The position numbers were made by a program, and so were the translations under genes. Below, piece after piece: positions 40,165 to 54,779 of a stretch of 64,000 nt of DNA. The stretch's first letter is position 1, and every line of letters starts with the position of its first letter. The stretch covers positions 116,064,001 to 116,128,000 of the forward strand of contig NC_042998.1 of assembly GCF_006345805.1 (NCBI RefSeq), in the 5' to 3' direction. The DNA comes from Octopus sinensis (Eukaryota). The notes beneath the pieces were generated by a model. That model worked only from the letters and a program-made list of their open reading frames with translations, was not told where the DNA came from and did not search any database.

Positions 40165-40205
40165 CACCTGATGAAGTAGTAAAAATTCAAACTCAAACGT
40201 TAGTG
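40165..40205 (+). ncRNA. Degenerate minimal HHR (G12C)
   Basis: CAC-CTGATGA-AGT...ACT-CAAAC-GTTA-GTG, about 100 bp downstream of a (TA)n tract. Confidence 0.45.
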
Positions 40206-40991
40206 TATAAGAAACAATTGAAATTAAAAACAGTTTGCTCTCATAATTTATATGTAGTTACGAACATATTTGGGATTCTGTCATATCTTTTCTATGCTAT
40301 GTAGAGGTTTAGAATGAGATTCAAGGAGTTAAATATCAGAGAGTCTATTAGAATGAAAAGAATCCATTTCAATTGAATAGTAAATTTCCATTCAGTATGT
40401 GATCAGCCGTGTGTGTATTTTGTTTTTTAAATATGTTATTTTGGAGAAGTAATTATTTTTCTGTAAAAACTTTTTATTTAGTTTTTATTCACAATAAAGT
40501 CAGCTGCATGTATATATTCAGGCGGGGTGGAGAATTTTATTAAATGGAAGGCAAATTCCTTTCCTATTGAGAATATGGTCAGCTGTGTGTATAGATTGTG
40601 TGTATAATTGACTTTAATTGAGGTCAACAATTTTACTGAAAGTGTTTGGAAGAGGAAAATCATGTTGTGATGTCTGTGTATATTATGCGGTGTGTGTTTG
40701 TTTTCTTATGATGTGTGTGTGTGAGCTTTCCTTTTGAGAATATGTAGTTTTGAGAAAAGAATTATTTTTGTGTCAAAGATTCGATGGCAGAATTCTTTAT
40801 GAATGTAAGTATGAAGTATTGATCCTTATTATTGATCTATAGTTTACATACATAGAAATGGAAATATTTTATAAAAGTCAGTTTATGTAAGAAATATAAG
40901 AGAAAAAAAATTAAACATACTTTCGTGCTGTTTACACCTTTACATTTTTACAATAACTTTTGATTTGTACGGATTCTTCAGTCCTTTTCAG

Positions 40992-41062
<71 letters not shown>

Positions 41063-43088
41063 TGTGCGTGTGTATGTGTGTGTGTGCGTGTGCGGAGAGA
41101 GAGCGAAAGAGAGGAAGAGAGAGAAATATTTATACATCATTTTTATGAGCACTGCGAAATTTTCATCGGACGATATAATCTAGCGCTCTCTAGTTAGTAA
41201 TAACGATACAATTGGTAATATATAATATATTCATTTGTGATTGATATTATTAATTATCATTTTCCAATACTTCGATGTTAAACTCTACTCAAGAATTTAT
41301 TTATATATTATCTTGGGAGACATCAGGTTTATGACTTTTAAACCTTCTAGATATGAATTTCCACTTTGTCCAATGTATCATCCATAACACACTGAATATA
41401 ATCTTATTTGATTTGATAAATAGATTTTGACTTATCTAATTAGTGTTATACTGATCACATCGAGCACCCACAGTGAGAGGATACTACCTCAACCATTCAC
41501 TTAAGTTAGTAGCATTATACTTAATGCGCTGAGAAAACAAATCTAATCAATTACTAATACTTACATAGCAAGGAAAGAAAGCATTAGCTCACTGATTAAT
41601 ATTAATCTGAGTTTGGTAAGTTCAGACGTCACCACTGGATATGCTTCAGCCTTAACTGAGAAGTGCATATTTTATTATCTCTTTATTATTAATACGAATG
41701 GAAAAATGATGCAGAACAATGCGAAAATGCTTGGATGATAATAATTATGGCAATGAAAATGCCATAAATATATTTCAAATATTTTCCATTCATTTGCTCT
41801 GGATTCTGTTATATGCATGTTATATAATTAAAATTTGTTCGGCGCGCATATATTAATGAATCAATATTTGTATAGCTGTTGCGCAAGAAGGAATATGACA
41901 CAATGTATTATGCCATTGTAGCTAATTTGTAAGGCATTCTACTCCCAGCTACAGCTCTCCTATGGGAATGTTTGGAAACCACATAAATGTTAAATTATTT
42001 TGTCAGACTTAATAGATATTGCCAACAATGATTTATCAATACTACATATTCTACTAATTGATGTTATGTAGGTAACAATAATTTGTAAAACACGCTGAAA
42101 TGCGAAAATTCAGGTAATTTATATAGTAACATTACGCATAGTAATGTAAATCATTCTGGGAAAGCAAATTTATAAAAGTCGTTTCAGATAAGACTTGCAC
42201 TATATTTTTTATGGAAAAACAGCATTATATACATATATCGTTCCATTTTGGTCAAAGGCATTTTGCCAATAAAACTCTCTCTCTCTCTCAGACACACACA
42301 CACACACAAACACACACACGTGTTATTTCATACTACTAGCTGTTAACTGGTTAACTAATTAACAAATCAGTTCTTCATTCAATCAACTCAGTCAGCTTGT
42401 CAGAGCCTTTCCATTACCGTGAGCGATGTCAAATATTTCCTCCAATTCTTATATATATCAGACAGTACATTCAATGCTATTGACTAGATTATTATTTTCA
42501 AAAAGTATATACTGATAGGGAGAAGTACAAACTACAAATGCTATCATCGTGGGTGACAAATCTCTGTATTCTTCAAATTTTTATATGGACGTTTTGAAAA
42601 AGGAAACGTAGATTAACTAGCATTGTATTAGTAAGACAAGGAATATAACTAGGATGAATATAAATTTAACCAGAACAGCAAAATATACTTCATAGATTTT
42701 GAATGCAGTTAGCTCGCATTCTAAGTAGAATGAGAAAACGAAGATATATTCACGAAAAAATGAAAACTATAATAAAAATGTACATAAAATATAATATTCA
42801 ATTTCATTACTGCCATATAATAAAGTTATCACGAACACATTTTAGGATTTTCTAATTTAATATATATATTTTTACTTATTGTATCATGCAATCCTCTTTT
42901 GAAGGGCTATTTCCACACACCTCTATTCATTACGTTATCGAACCAGAATATTGTATGTTTTAATCATTCAAATCTATTTTATAGCGTTATAGTTACTTTC
43001 AAATCATCTATATCAATTTAGGGAATAAATATACCTGGGAACAATGTAACTTGTACGCGTAAAAAGACATTTCAATATTGATATTTCG

Positions 43089-43612
43089 TAAACGGGGAGC
43101 TAGCAGAACTGTTAGCACTCCGGGAAGGACTCATTCTTTGTAAGCCTTTTACTAATTTTATCGGTCTCTTTTGCCGAACCGCTGCGTTACGGGGGTCTTA
43201 AACACACCAGCATCGATTGTCAAGCGATGACGACAAACACAGGCACACAAACAAACACCCCCCACACACACACACAAACATATATATATATATACGACGG
43301 GCTTCTTCAGTTTCCTTCTACGAAATCCACTCACAAGGCTTTGGTCGACCTGAGGCTATAGTAGAAGACACTTGTCCAAGGTACAACGTAGTGGGATTGA
43401 ACCCGGGACCATGTGGTTGTTAAACAAGCTACTTACCACACAGCCACTCCGGCAATGTTTCGTCAATTTCTACGTTAAGTGTTAAAATTCCACTGAGATC
43501 GACCTTTGCTTCTCGTCCTTTTGTGGAATCGACACATCAGTTGATCACTGGGGTCGATGCAACCGACTAGCTCTCCTGTCGCAAAAATTTCAGGACTTGT
43601 GCATATAGTAAA
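43089..43612 (+). mobile_element. SINE of the 35879 family, split by a nested SINE
   Basis: Head GAGCTAGCAGAACTGTTAGCACTCCGG (43089-43124). The body resumes at 43452 (AAATTCCACTGAGATCGACCTTTGC...GGGGTCGATG). Confidence 0.65.
43127..43451 (-). mobile_element. tRNA-derived SINE family A (nested)
   Basis: Minus-strand head GGAGTGGCTGTGTGGTAAGTAGCTTG...GGTTCAATCCCAC; body homologous to 1395-1772. Confidence 0.85.
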
Positions 43613-43626
43613 GAGGGAATACTAAT

Positions 43627-44397
43627 GTCCAGACCACTAATTACGGATAAATTCTCGAAGGGGATGAAAAAGATAAACATTTACCATCTCTTTCCTGGAC
43701 CATGATTTCTGACTTATTTTAGTAAATAAAATAATTTACAAGGCGAAGTCTTCATCAATATGTACGCCAAAGATTAAATATATAAACAATGATACTAAAC
43801 TAACATGTGCTTCATTGCTTATACATTAAAAATCTTTTTCAAATTTTTTCAAATCCACCGCGCAAGCGCAGTCTTTTTACCGGCAGCATAACGATGCCGG
43901 CAAATTCTTCGAACGAATCTACCAGAAATCAGTATACATAATTAATAATATCAGAGTAATAAAGATTTTAGAAAGTTATACTAACAGTGGCCTAGCGTAT
44001 AGAAAAATTAGGCAATAGACTATATATTATTCATATAAAATACAGTGTACATTTAAACACGCTTAGACGTTTCCATTGTAGGAATCCTTTATGCTAGAAA
44101 GAACAGCTGAAGTCCAAACCACTAATTACGAATAAATTCTAGAATGGAATGAAAAGTATTTATATATTTATATATTTAAACTTAGGCGTCCCTGTCGATG
44201 AAGAATTCGCCTGGTAAATTATTTTATTTACTAAAATAAGTCAGAAACCATGGTCCAGGAAAGAGATGGTAAATGATTTTTATTCTTCATTCCCTTCAAG
44301 AATTTATCCGTAATTAGTGGTTTGGACTTTAGATGTTCTTTCTAGCGTAAAGGGTTCCTACGACTGAAACCTCAAAATGTGTTTAAATGTACACTGC

Positions 44398-44399
<2 letters not shown>
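43627..44399. repeat. Modular direct/inverted repeat cluster
   Basis: 43627-43757 is inverted relative to 44197-44327. 44040-44160 is inverted relative to 44283-44399 and partly direct to 43627-43680. Confidence 0.85.
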
Positions 44400-44469
<70 letters not shown>

Positions 44470-44471
<2 letters not shown>

Positions 44472-44807
44472 GGTAAAGACCCCCTTCGGTCATGAATGAC
44501 CATGGGATTGCACCTAGAAAGTTACCCTCCTAGACACAAGTCCGGGCAAGGTTGTTTATGGAAGACCAGCAGTCGCCCATGCATACCAGCCTCCCCTCTC
44601 CACGCCACCAGTGTTATCCAAGGGAAAGACAAAGGTCGATACAGCTTGGCACCAGTGACGTCGCAACTCATTTCTACAGCTGAGTGAACTGGAGCAACGT
44701 GAAATAAAGTGCCTTGCTCAAGAACACAACACGCAGCCCGGTCCGGGATTCGAACTCCCAACCTCTCGATCGTAAGCTCAACGCTCTAACCACTGAGCCA
44801 TGCGCCT

Positions 44808-44810
<3 letters not shown>
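44470..44810 (-). mobile_element. Young tRNA-derived SINE with a CORE/V-like central domain, embedded in (TA)n
   Basis: Head GGCGCATGGCTCAGTGGTTAGAGCG...GGAGTTCGAATCCC; central TCTTGAGCAAGGCACTTTATTTCACGTTGCTCCAGTTCACTCAGCTG. About a dozen differences from 60492-60833. Confidence 0.9.
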
Positions 44811-44861
<51 letters not shown>

Positions 44862-44913
44862 CAACAATTGAGGGTAAAATTAATTAATTATTAATCAATT
44901 TCACCAAGTATTC

Positions 44914-44992
44914 AGTATGTAAAGGGACCATTTGTAAAGGGACCAGTATGTAAAGGGACCAGTATGTAAAGGGACCAGTATGTAAAGGGACC
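44914..44992. repeat. Five copies of 16-bp AGTATGTAAAGGGACC (one variant) in a TA-flanked insert
   Basis: Read directly from the sequence. Confidence 0.9.
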
Positions 44993-45051
44993 ACATGAGT
45001 TCAGTATGTGGCGAAGTAATTTATTTTACTAAGCCCTTATATATAATATAT

Positions 45052-45105
<54 letters not shown>

Positions 45106-46429
45106 ATATAAGCGTCTGTGAATATTAATCATGTGAAGATGAAGGTAACAATCATTTTACAGAAATCAATTAAGAATCCAACATTTCTGAAATCATGGAG
45201 TTCCCAGCAGATGCCCATTTGATACAAATTCCTGACATTTATGACACGTTAGGATTAGACAGAATGTTTTTCTCTAAATGTAGCTGAATGTTTACATTAT
45301 TGTATGGATGTGTCAATTATGTATTCCTTCAAGAAGTTCACCAGTTTATTGCATATTTTATAATAAAATACAATGTTGGAACGTAAGAGTAAACTACATC
45401 ATATTTTCTGGATTATATATCACAACGTGGGACGAGAAAGAAAATGGAAAGCAAACGTAAAGTAATGCATTGATCATCTGCTATTCAATCAATTCAGTGA
45501 CAAGTTGGAAATGGCATATCGTTCGCTGTTATTTGCAATATGCAAATATATAGAGAATATTCTCACACATAGACGCACAGAGAAACACACATATTCATGT
45601 GTATTTTTTGCATAGTACTAACAGATGGTTTTCCATATAAGCTACAATTACATTGGTGCGTTAATATAACATTTCAATTCTCAATTTATATGAGAATATA
45701 GGAAAGAAGTGCAAGTGATGAATTCGATGTGCTATTTTCCATGTATTTTACACCATACTTATTATAACTGCAAAAATTGCAATGATTATTTCACAAGCAA
45801 ATGTGTTAAATACCCACGCATAAACACATAGATACGAACCACATAGAAATTCTGATAAACTACCAGGCAACAAGCACTCACATACAGCAATTGAGGTGGT
45901 TAAATTAAGTGCAGAATTACATGGCCCCGAACTCGAGTTCGTCACGTGGTTCCTTCAACAGATTCTATCTACCATAAACTCTGGATTGAGAAACGCTACT
46001 GGAATTTTAATATGTGTTTCAATTTATAATGTGGCTAGTCGGCAGAATCGTTACCTCAGTGGAAAAACGCTTAGCGGTAGATAAAATAAATACCAGTCAA
46101 GCACTATGGTCCAAAAAAAATCGACTTATCTTCTCCTTGCGAAATTGCTGATTGTGCCAAAGTTTGAAACCAATATGTGTATCAATTTAGATGTATATAA
46201 ATATATATGTATTTACATTTGAACGTTATAAATATTTCATACGTGCCTCTAGGAGAAAGATGTACATTTAAACACTAATACCTAATTCATTATCACAATA
46301 TAAGGAGCTTAATGCGACCGTGCTTCGCTTAGAGAAATTGCATCGTTATGTTTGCCAAATTCCCTCAAACAGTGATTAACCACACGGCGCCCTATAATCT
46401 AAGACACGGTGGCTAAGATTACGATGACG

Positions 46430-46726
46430 AGGGTTTCATTGATGCGATAAACGAAACAGCCTGCTCGTGAAATTAACGTGAAAATGGTTGAGCACTCCAC
46501 CAACACGCCTATCTTTAACTTAGTTCTAAGGGAAATTCAATTTGACACAGAGTGTGACAAGGCTGGCGCTATGAAATACAAGTACCACACAGTTTTTCTA
46601 GCTGAGTGAACTGGGATCAACGTTAAATAATGTCTTGCCCAAGGACACAACGAGCCGCTAGGACTCCAACTCGTGACCTTACGATCGTAGGCCGAATAAC
46701 CCAACAACTAAGATACATGCCTTCAT
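46430..46726 (-). mobile_element. Older SINE sharing head and central domain with the 44470 family
   Basis: CTAGCTGAGTGAACTGGGATCAACGTTAAATAATGTCTTGCCCAAGGACACAAC...CCTTACGATCGTAGG...ATGCCTTCA. Confidence 0.7.
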
Positions 46727-47356
46727 GATATGATAAATTAATGGATTGAATAGTATCCGATTAGTAGATGGTGGAAGTGACATGTATATTGTGTTGTGTG
46801 TTATGAATATGTAAAGCTCACCTGGAAGCTAACGAGAAATCTGAGAAATCATTTACATGTCTGTTATTATTTTATGATGTAATGCATAATGATGATCAGC
46901 TTACCGAGATGATTATCCTAACATCAACATGACAAATAATATTGACAATTTTATGAAGAGAAATGTAGCAGCCATTGTTATTGCAATTTCTATTGAAATT
47001 TTCAAACAAGTATTCAGTTTGATGTCAAACATTTAAATACCAGCATCTTAAAAGTATGTTGATAGGAATCTAAATGGCTATAGCTGTATATATTTATGAC
47101 TAATTTATAATTAATTTCTAAATGTAACATATAAAATATCAGAAATGTTTAAATAATATGTAGAGGATTCAGATTTCAAAAATATACTGTGTAAGCCCAG
47201 TACAAATATTTGGCATTATTCTGTGAATGGAAGACAACATCAGCCGACATATGGCATTATGTCAACACATGAATTGCCCGGCTTATTTTGCTGAATCTAT
47301 TCTCAAGACACAGCCGGTATGGTAAAAGTAAATTAATCTACCTGTCTGTCTTTCTG

Positions 47357-47526
<170 letters not shown>

Positions 47527-48465
47527 CTAGCTCTGACACACCCTTCGTGTTTTGCGTTGTCAAAGGAGGAGTGTAAAAGGAGGATTGGACATGTCGTGGT
47601 TGATGATGCGCAGGCACACGCTGAGAATGCGACATCTCCGGCTCTACGTAGACGACGATCAACAGGTGTGGTCACCGTTTGTGAGACAGGCTTTCCCGCA
47701 ACTCGTCTCCATTACCAAACTGCAGTCATGGAACAAAAAGAGGTCGAGGAAGGGCAAATGGCACCGCGAGTGTCGCGTTGCTCTCAAGCAACTATGCCGT
47801 CCCGAGTTGACCTTGAGCGACTTCAACACAACTAAAGCACTCTATAAGGGATTAGTGGAGGAGAGGTACGACGACGAGCTCGGGTCGAACCTGGGCGTCG
47901 ATGAGGAATACGTGACCCGCCTGTTCAGGACCCATGGACAACTTGCCTAACCTGGCAGTGCTATCGAGAAGCGTTACCCGTTCGAATTAAGCTCTACAGA
48001 CACGGCTCGAGAAACACGGGGCTGACCTGCTCGAGATGCGGGCAGAGCGACGAAACCGTTCTGCACGCACTCGTGCAGTGCTTAACCATTTCCGACCTGT
48101 GGGCTTATGTCGAACGACTGCTGTCACGTGTCGGACGAGTCGGTTTATCAGCCGAGTCTATCGTCAATATCATCACGCCTTCTTCCTTCAAACGGGAAGG
48201 AAGAGCTATTTTCATCATAGTTGTGACTATGGCAAAAGAATGTATCTGGTGGATGCGTCTGAAAGAATTGAAGACAAACACTTTCCTCTCTGGTCAATCT
48301 CTCATCAACTTTTTCAAGTATCACTTGAAAAGGAAAGTGAGAGTAGAGAGGCAAGTTTTGTCTAGCGAATGTTTCAAAAAAAGATGCGTGAATGTAGCAA
48401 GGATGGCACGTATGAATGACGAAGCTACCTTGAACGTAATCATATGAACCCGGAAAAATTTAAAA
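47527..48465 (+). mobile_element. 5'-truncated L1/Tx1-clade LINE, ORF2 C-terminus
   Basis: GC-rich island. Contains a C-x2-C-x8-H-x4-C knuckle (CSRCGQSDETVLHALVQC, from 48028) followed by DLWAYVERLL. Frameshifted. Confidence 0.8.
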
Positions 48466-48784
48466 CAGAGAGTTACTTACTTGCAAATAAATGTGTTAAC
48501 ATGTGACATTATGTGTTTATATACACGTATATACACACATATATAAGCATTTGTTCATACACACGCACACGCACACGCACACACACACACATATATATAT
48601 ATACACATACAGACATACATACATGCATACACACATATGTATATGTAAAATATAATTAAGATTTAGTTGAATTAGGACATTAAATTGAGGCACCTTCCCA
48701 GTTCGGCTTAGTCAGCGCAGCTCCAAATTAGTTGTACTAAATGTAAATAAGTAACAAGAATGTACAGGTGTCAAAACATTACGG

Positions 48785-49007
48785 GTGTTTCAAAAGGCTC
48801 CACTTAATTGATCAATAAAATCATTACATCAGTTTGAAAGAAACGGCTCTCTTCAGACGCAGATAGCCATACAGATTCCAAACACAAAGAAAAACAATTT
48901 TTAAAAAATTCGTAATTGTTTAAGATTTAGATTTTATGTCGCACGAAGTCTTTCAAATTGATGTAATGTTTTCAATTATCAATTAAATGGAGCTGCTTAA
49001 AACGGCC
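48785..49007. mobile_element. MITE-like element with ~60-bp imperfect inverted arms
   Basis: GCTCCACTTAATTGATCAATAAAATCATTACATCAGTTTGAAAGA vs TCTTTCAAATTGATGTAATGTTTTCAATTATCAATTAAATGGAGC. Confidence 0.55.
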
Positions 49008-50161
49008 TTAAGATATATTACGTATGTATACGCATAAATGTATGTATATGAGACATACACACATAAAAAATACTTATGATTCATGACACAGCTTCATACA
49101 GTGTGCATTTAAAAAAATCTAATGCGAAACCTCTCAATTGTATTCATATATTTGAAAATATAATTAAATTCTAATTAATTCTAATATATTTTTTCGGTAT
49201 TTTCCACTACACTTCTATTTAGATTACTAACAATTTGTATATATAAACACACACGTACATATATGTGTGTATGGATGTGTAGGTGTGCGTGTGTGTGTGT
49301 GTTCATGTGTGTGTGTGTTTGTGTGTGTGTGGATGTGTGTGTAAAATCGTCAGCGAATAATGTGTGCTACGATTTAACAATTCATGTATATTTTTTTCGT
49401 GGTTCGAAAAAGCCGGAACAGTATTAGATGCAAGTTTTGACTCTTTCTGGAATAGTCTTCAACAGGTGCATCCTGTTTGACTATTTACAAACCCACAGCT
49501 AAGAACTCTAAAATTAATTACCTAAGTCGTAACGTTCGATGTCGGCTGATAAATTTCAGATTATGTTCAAATTTATGGAATAAATACAGAGATAAACGCG
49601 AGACCATACGTGTTATTAAAGCTGCTGATGTTGAAATCTGTCCAATCAAAATCCTGTGCACTACTTTCTTTAACATACTGGTAAATATTTGTTGCAAGAA
49701 AAGCTTTGCATCAATCACTGCAATATTACTGAATGTATCAAAGGCAAGATAATGTTTACGGAAATCACAGCATTGTGTAAGATTTATTCCTCTTTTCAAA
49801 ACATGTCTGAAGTGGTCATCCTTTTCCGACAAGCGAGCTGAAAGCGACATGGATGAACAATAATAATAATAGGAGTGTTTCAACTGTGTGACAGTTGAAA
49901 CACTCCTGTCACAACCTGGGACCTTGAAGACTGCTATAATGCAAGAGAGTATACTATCCCTTAATATTTTATATTCAATATTTCATCTATTCAATAAGAC
50001 AATCAATACTTCATTTCATTTTACTATATATATAATATTTATACTATATATTGTATATTCTACATTGATATTATAAAGAATAGAAATAAAACATAAAAAA
50101 TAGACAGAGTTGGAATTCCTTTGAATCATATATATCCCTCTATACACAATCATATAAACCC

Positions 50162-50249
<88 letters not shown>

Positions 50250-50537
50250 TATATATATGTATGTATGTATATATAAATAGATGAGTGTAATTTTGCCCTG
50301 TTAACAATTAACACAGAAAAACTCCACATACACACATATATATATACACACATACGTGAAACATATTACTTTGTCAACATTGAAACACTTTAAAGATGTT
50401 TTTTTTTTTCTAATTTTAAGCTTTTACCATTGATAAAAAAATATTGTTGAAATTAGTTTGGTATATATGTAAATAAATGTATTTTAAACATTTACGAGTT
50501 TTTGAAATTTAGTTGCATTTTCAACAACACGTTTTCC

Positions 50538-50940
<403 letters not shown>

Positions 50941-51528
50941 TTAAGATAGTTGGTCGTGATCTGAAAGCGGTGAGGCCATCAATAAACACAATAAGATATC
51001 TTTGTGTACTAACATCAGTATGTAAGTCTGTATATATAAGTATTTGCCGTGTGCTGCATGTGTATTTTCTGCTGTATCTAAAAGTGGTTTTGTTTTCAAT
51101 GTGTATGTCTTTCTTTGTGAAATATATGTGGGGGTGTGAAAGATAAATGAGAAAGAAGAGGATATAGAGCCTAAAGAAAAAATGATATTGAATGTGAAAA
51201 CTGAATAGCAATTATCTTGTATTTGAAACATGAAATATATAAGTACATAAATAAATCTTGCGGCGTTAGCACAAATGTATACATCGATCAACAATGAAAA
51301 GGCGTTAGCAAAACAATGACAGTAAGCGGAAACGACTGTCGCTTTTTGTACACCAACTAAAAGAGAGGAAATCGTGCCAACTGGTAAAATTTTACACTGT
51401 ATACAATATACGTATACCAACATGTTTACCTGTGACTAGTTCACATCAGTGTGAATTGTAATGAAGTGAAAAATGTAGCTGATGATATTAGGTAGAGTGG
51501 ATATATAGGCACACGCACACATTCTCTC

Positions 51529-51559
<31 letters not shown>

Positions 51560-51615
51560 GTAGAAATATGTTACAAAAAGAAAATATAAAATACAAGTGG
51601 AAATGTAAGTGTAAA

Positions 51616-51985
51616 ATATGAAAAATCAATGAAAATGCATATTGCAAATAAAAAAAGGCTATTTATGACAGGTAGTGACAAATATATACATTTAGATTTA
51701 CTGAAGTAGTAATACGTGTCATAAAGATCATTATTATAAGATGATTATAAGATGATAATAAATAAGAGAACAAAACGAACCAGTGTTTACGCGAAGGCTA
51801 TTCATTGTTTGAACAGCACCGTTAATATATCTTTGTTCTTTTACTTTATTCTCTTACTTTATTATCATCTCATAATAATGACCTTTATGACTCGTATTAC
51901 TACCTCAGTCAATCTAAATGTATATATTTGACACTACCTGTCATAAATAGCCTTTTTCTATTTGCAATATGCATTTTCGTTGATT

Positions 51986-51993
<8 letters not shown>
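51616..51993. repeat. Inverted repeat with ~140-bp arms and ~90-bp spacer, adjoining (TA)n
   Basis: ATATGAAAAATCAATGAAAATGCATATTGCAAATAAAAAAAGGCTATTTATGACAGGTAGTG... is matched in reverse complement up to ...GCATTTTCGTTGATTTTTCATAT. Confidence 0.9.
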
Positions 51994-52035
<42 letters not shown>

Positions 52036-52516
52036 ATGTATATATGTATGTGTGTGTATATAAAATACACATACACACGTACATACACACGTGCACACAC
52101 ATGCCCACACGCACACATATATATAGCAACCCCTTATTAATCCGTCAAAATAAAGGGAGACTAATAAGGGATTAGTAATCCAATTGAAATTTTTCTTCAA
52201 CTCTCCGCAAATAAACTTTCACCTGGTGAACGAATATAATGTCTTGTGATCACTATTGTACTCCACATAATCAGTCCACGAACATTGAAATTTGTTACTC
52301 CATGACTAGGTTACCGAGTTAAGATGGTTTGGTTTTACGCAGTGATACACAAAATAGAAATAAATGTGATAAATAAATAAATAATTTTCTTATTCATCAC
52401 AGGCTAACAGCTGTTTCAGTTATGCTTTTGCATATGTGAATAGTTCAACCACACTACTAGATCACTTGGTCGACTTATACACCCCCACATATATATATAT
52501 ATATATATATATTCTA

Positions 52517-52942
52517 TGTCTGGCAACAGAACTCTGCACCATACCACATAAACAGGAGGACCCAGTCATGGTTGTCGTGCAATTTCTACGACCACATCAC
52601 CCCTAACATCTTGCCACCTAACTCCCCAGACTGTAACCTTGATTATTATGTGCGAGGTGCAGTTCAGCGAAAGACCAACAAAATTTCTTGTAACACCAAA
52701 TATGAACTGAAAGCATGGATTATAACAGCATTCACCAAACTTAAACAAGGAATCCGTCCAGAAGATTTGCAGGAGATTTCGAAACCTTCTGGAGGCTGTG
52801 GCAAAAGCCAAGAAAATAAATATACTTCTTAGCTTTTCAAGATATCCTAGTGTAACTTTGGTAAATATATCTGTTAAAACGAGATGTCAGTGTTATTTTC
52901 ATTTCTGCTTAATTCATACGAAAATTTATCCACCGAATACTG
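52517..52942 (+). mobile_element. mariner/maT transposon 3' part with right terminus
   Basis: VWQQNSAPYH..RRTQSWLSCNFYDHITPNILPPNSPDCNLDYYVRG, a WPPNSPDxNPLDY-type motif. Ends CACCGAATACTG|TA. Confidence 0.85.
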
Positions 52943-52984
52943 TATATATATATATCAATAATAAAGTGATTGTTTCTTATCAGG

Positions 52985-53146
<162 letters not shown>

Positions 53147-54701
53147 ATGTACGTGTGTGTGCCTATGTGTGTGTGTGAATGTGTGTTCGTGAATGTGTGT
53201 GTGATCCAGGGTTCGAGGTGTAGGAAGCAAGTTAGTTTCAAGCAATCTGTAAAAATATTATTTTAAAAAACCTGTCAGAGGCAATAGGAGTCTCCTGAGA
53301 CGGAAGGCTGTGGAATTTTTCGTATCGAAGGCAATAAACCGAAAAAAGTTCCTTTTATATTTCCCGGTAGGCGTCCAGAGTTGCCGGGTATGCGAATAAA
53401 AATACAAGTGTTTAGGAATGGTGTTGGTAAAATCCGAGTTACATATGCTTCATAGCGAGCGGAACTTCGAAAGTGGTAGATATCCAATCGATGTGTATAC
53501 CATAGCCTATACTTCAGGCAAATGATCTCTTGATTAAATGAAAGTTTACACTGTCGCTCGTATCTTATCTACTCCATTCCTTAATTCTTGTGTATCAGTA
53601 TCCTTCTAGTATATGCCAAAGTTACGAAGACGTGCAGGAATATAAATGCTTAAAGTCCTGTAGGCACGTTTGCATACATATATGTGACCAATTGCCTCAT
53701 AAAAATTTTGAAGAAAAGTATATTTCTGGCTAACCGGCATAGGTATATAATCTTGACTTTAGTTTTGTATATATTAAGACTATATTTTCGAATAACAAAT
53801 TTCTGCTGAAGTGATCTCGAAATCGTACATATTACGGTACTCTAACTGTAAAGGATGAATATGTTGTCAATATTACTGATGATGAAGACAATGTATAAAT
53901 GAAGATACTGATGGCGATTCTGATATTGATTAATATATCACCATCATCATCATCACCACCATCACCACCACCACCACCAACAACAACAACATCTTCATCA
54001 TTGAAACATTGATGGAACTGGAGTAAACAATCACTGGGGTATCATTATACCATTATATATCCTAAAGCGAAAATGTGTATGTAAATGTAATACATCAAAG
54101 AATTGAAATGACTGAACAAATGAGATATTGTTCGACATGTTATATTTCAATTTTGTTTATCTGAAACCAGTGGATGCCGGATATGAGTTATTATATTTGT
54201 AGAGTCAATAGTTTCTACCCAATATATTGTTAACACATGTTAAACTTCATATGTATTAAAACAAATACGTTTACTCATTACCTATATCCATTTGTTTTTG
54301 ATACATTATAAGTGTAAATTAAACTAATTATACCGTGATGTACGCATAGGTCTGGGGTTACGATTCTTCTGGCAAAAACCCCGTATTTCTTGGATTGATT
54401 CACATACACAGGACGTTTGGCAACACGTTTTTATTAGAGCTTCGGGTTAACTAATAGTTTGTGAGTGGATTCTGAAGATGGAAACTTCGTAAAATTTGTT
54501 AAATCGTAACCTAGTTTAACTCAAGTATCCCTTCTTTGGCAGCATTTGGGGGATCCCATTTTCCGTAGGCATTTGGCCACGATGTCGGAGCAGAGGTAAA
54601 CTTTTATCTTTACGCCCACCAATTCCATTGGTTTTAAAAAGATTTCGCTGCATCTTTTAATCGTACTAAGCAATGAAAAATATGTTAACCTAATGAATAA
54701 T

Positions 54702-54704
<3 letters not shown>

Positions 54705-54771
<67 letters not shown>
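54705..54771. repeat. (AG)n microsatellite
   Basis: Read directly from the sequence. Confidence 0.95.

Positions 54772-54779
<8 letters not shown>

Noticed and set aside
44914-44992. CRISPR-like repeat array
   Set aside because: Head-to-tail units with no spacers, in a eukaryotic context with no cas genes.
49518-49883. 121-aa non-repetitive minus-strand ORF
   Set aside because: No recognisable domain and no iGluR similarity; this length is attainable by chance.
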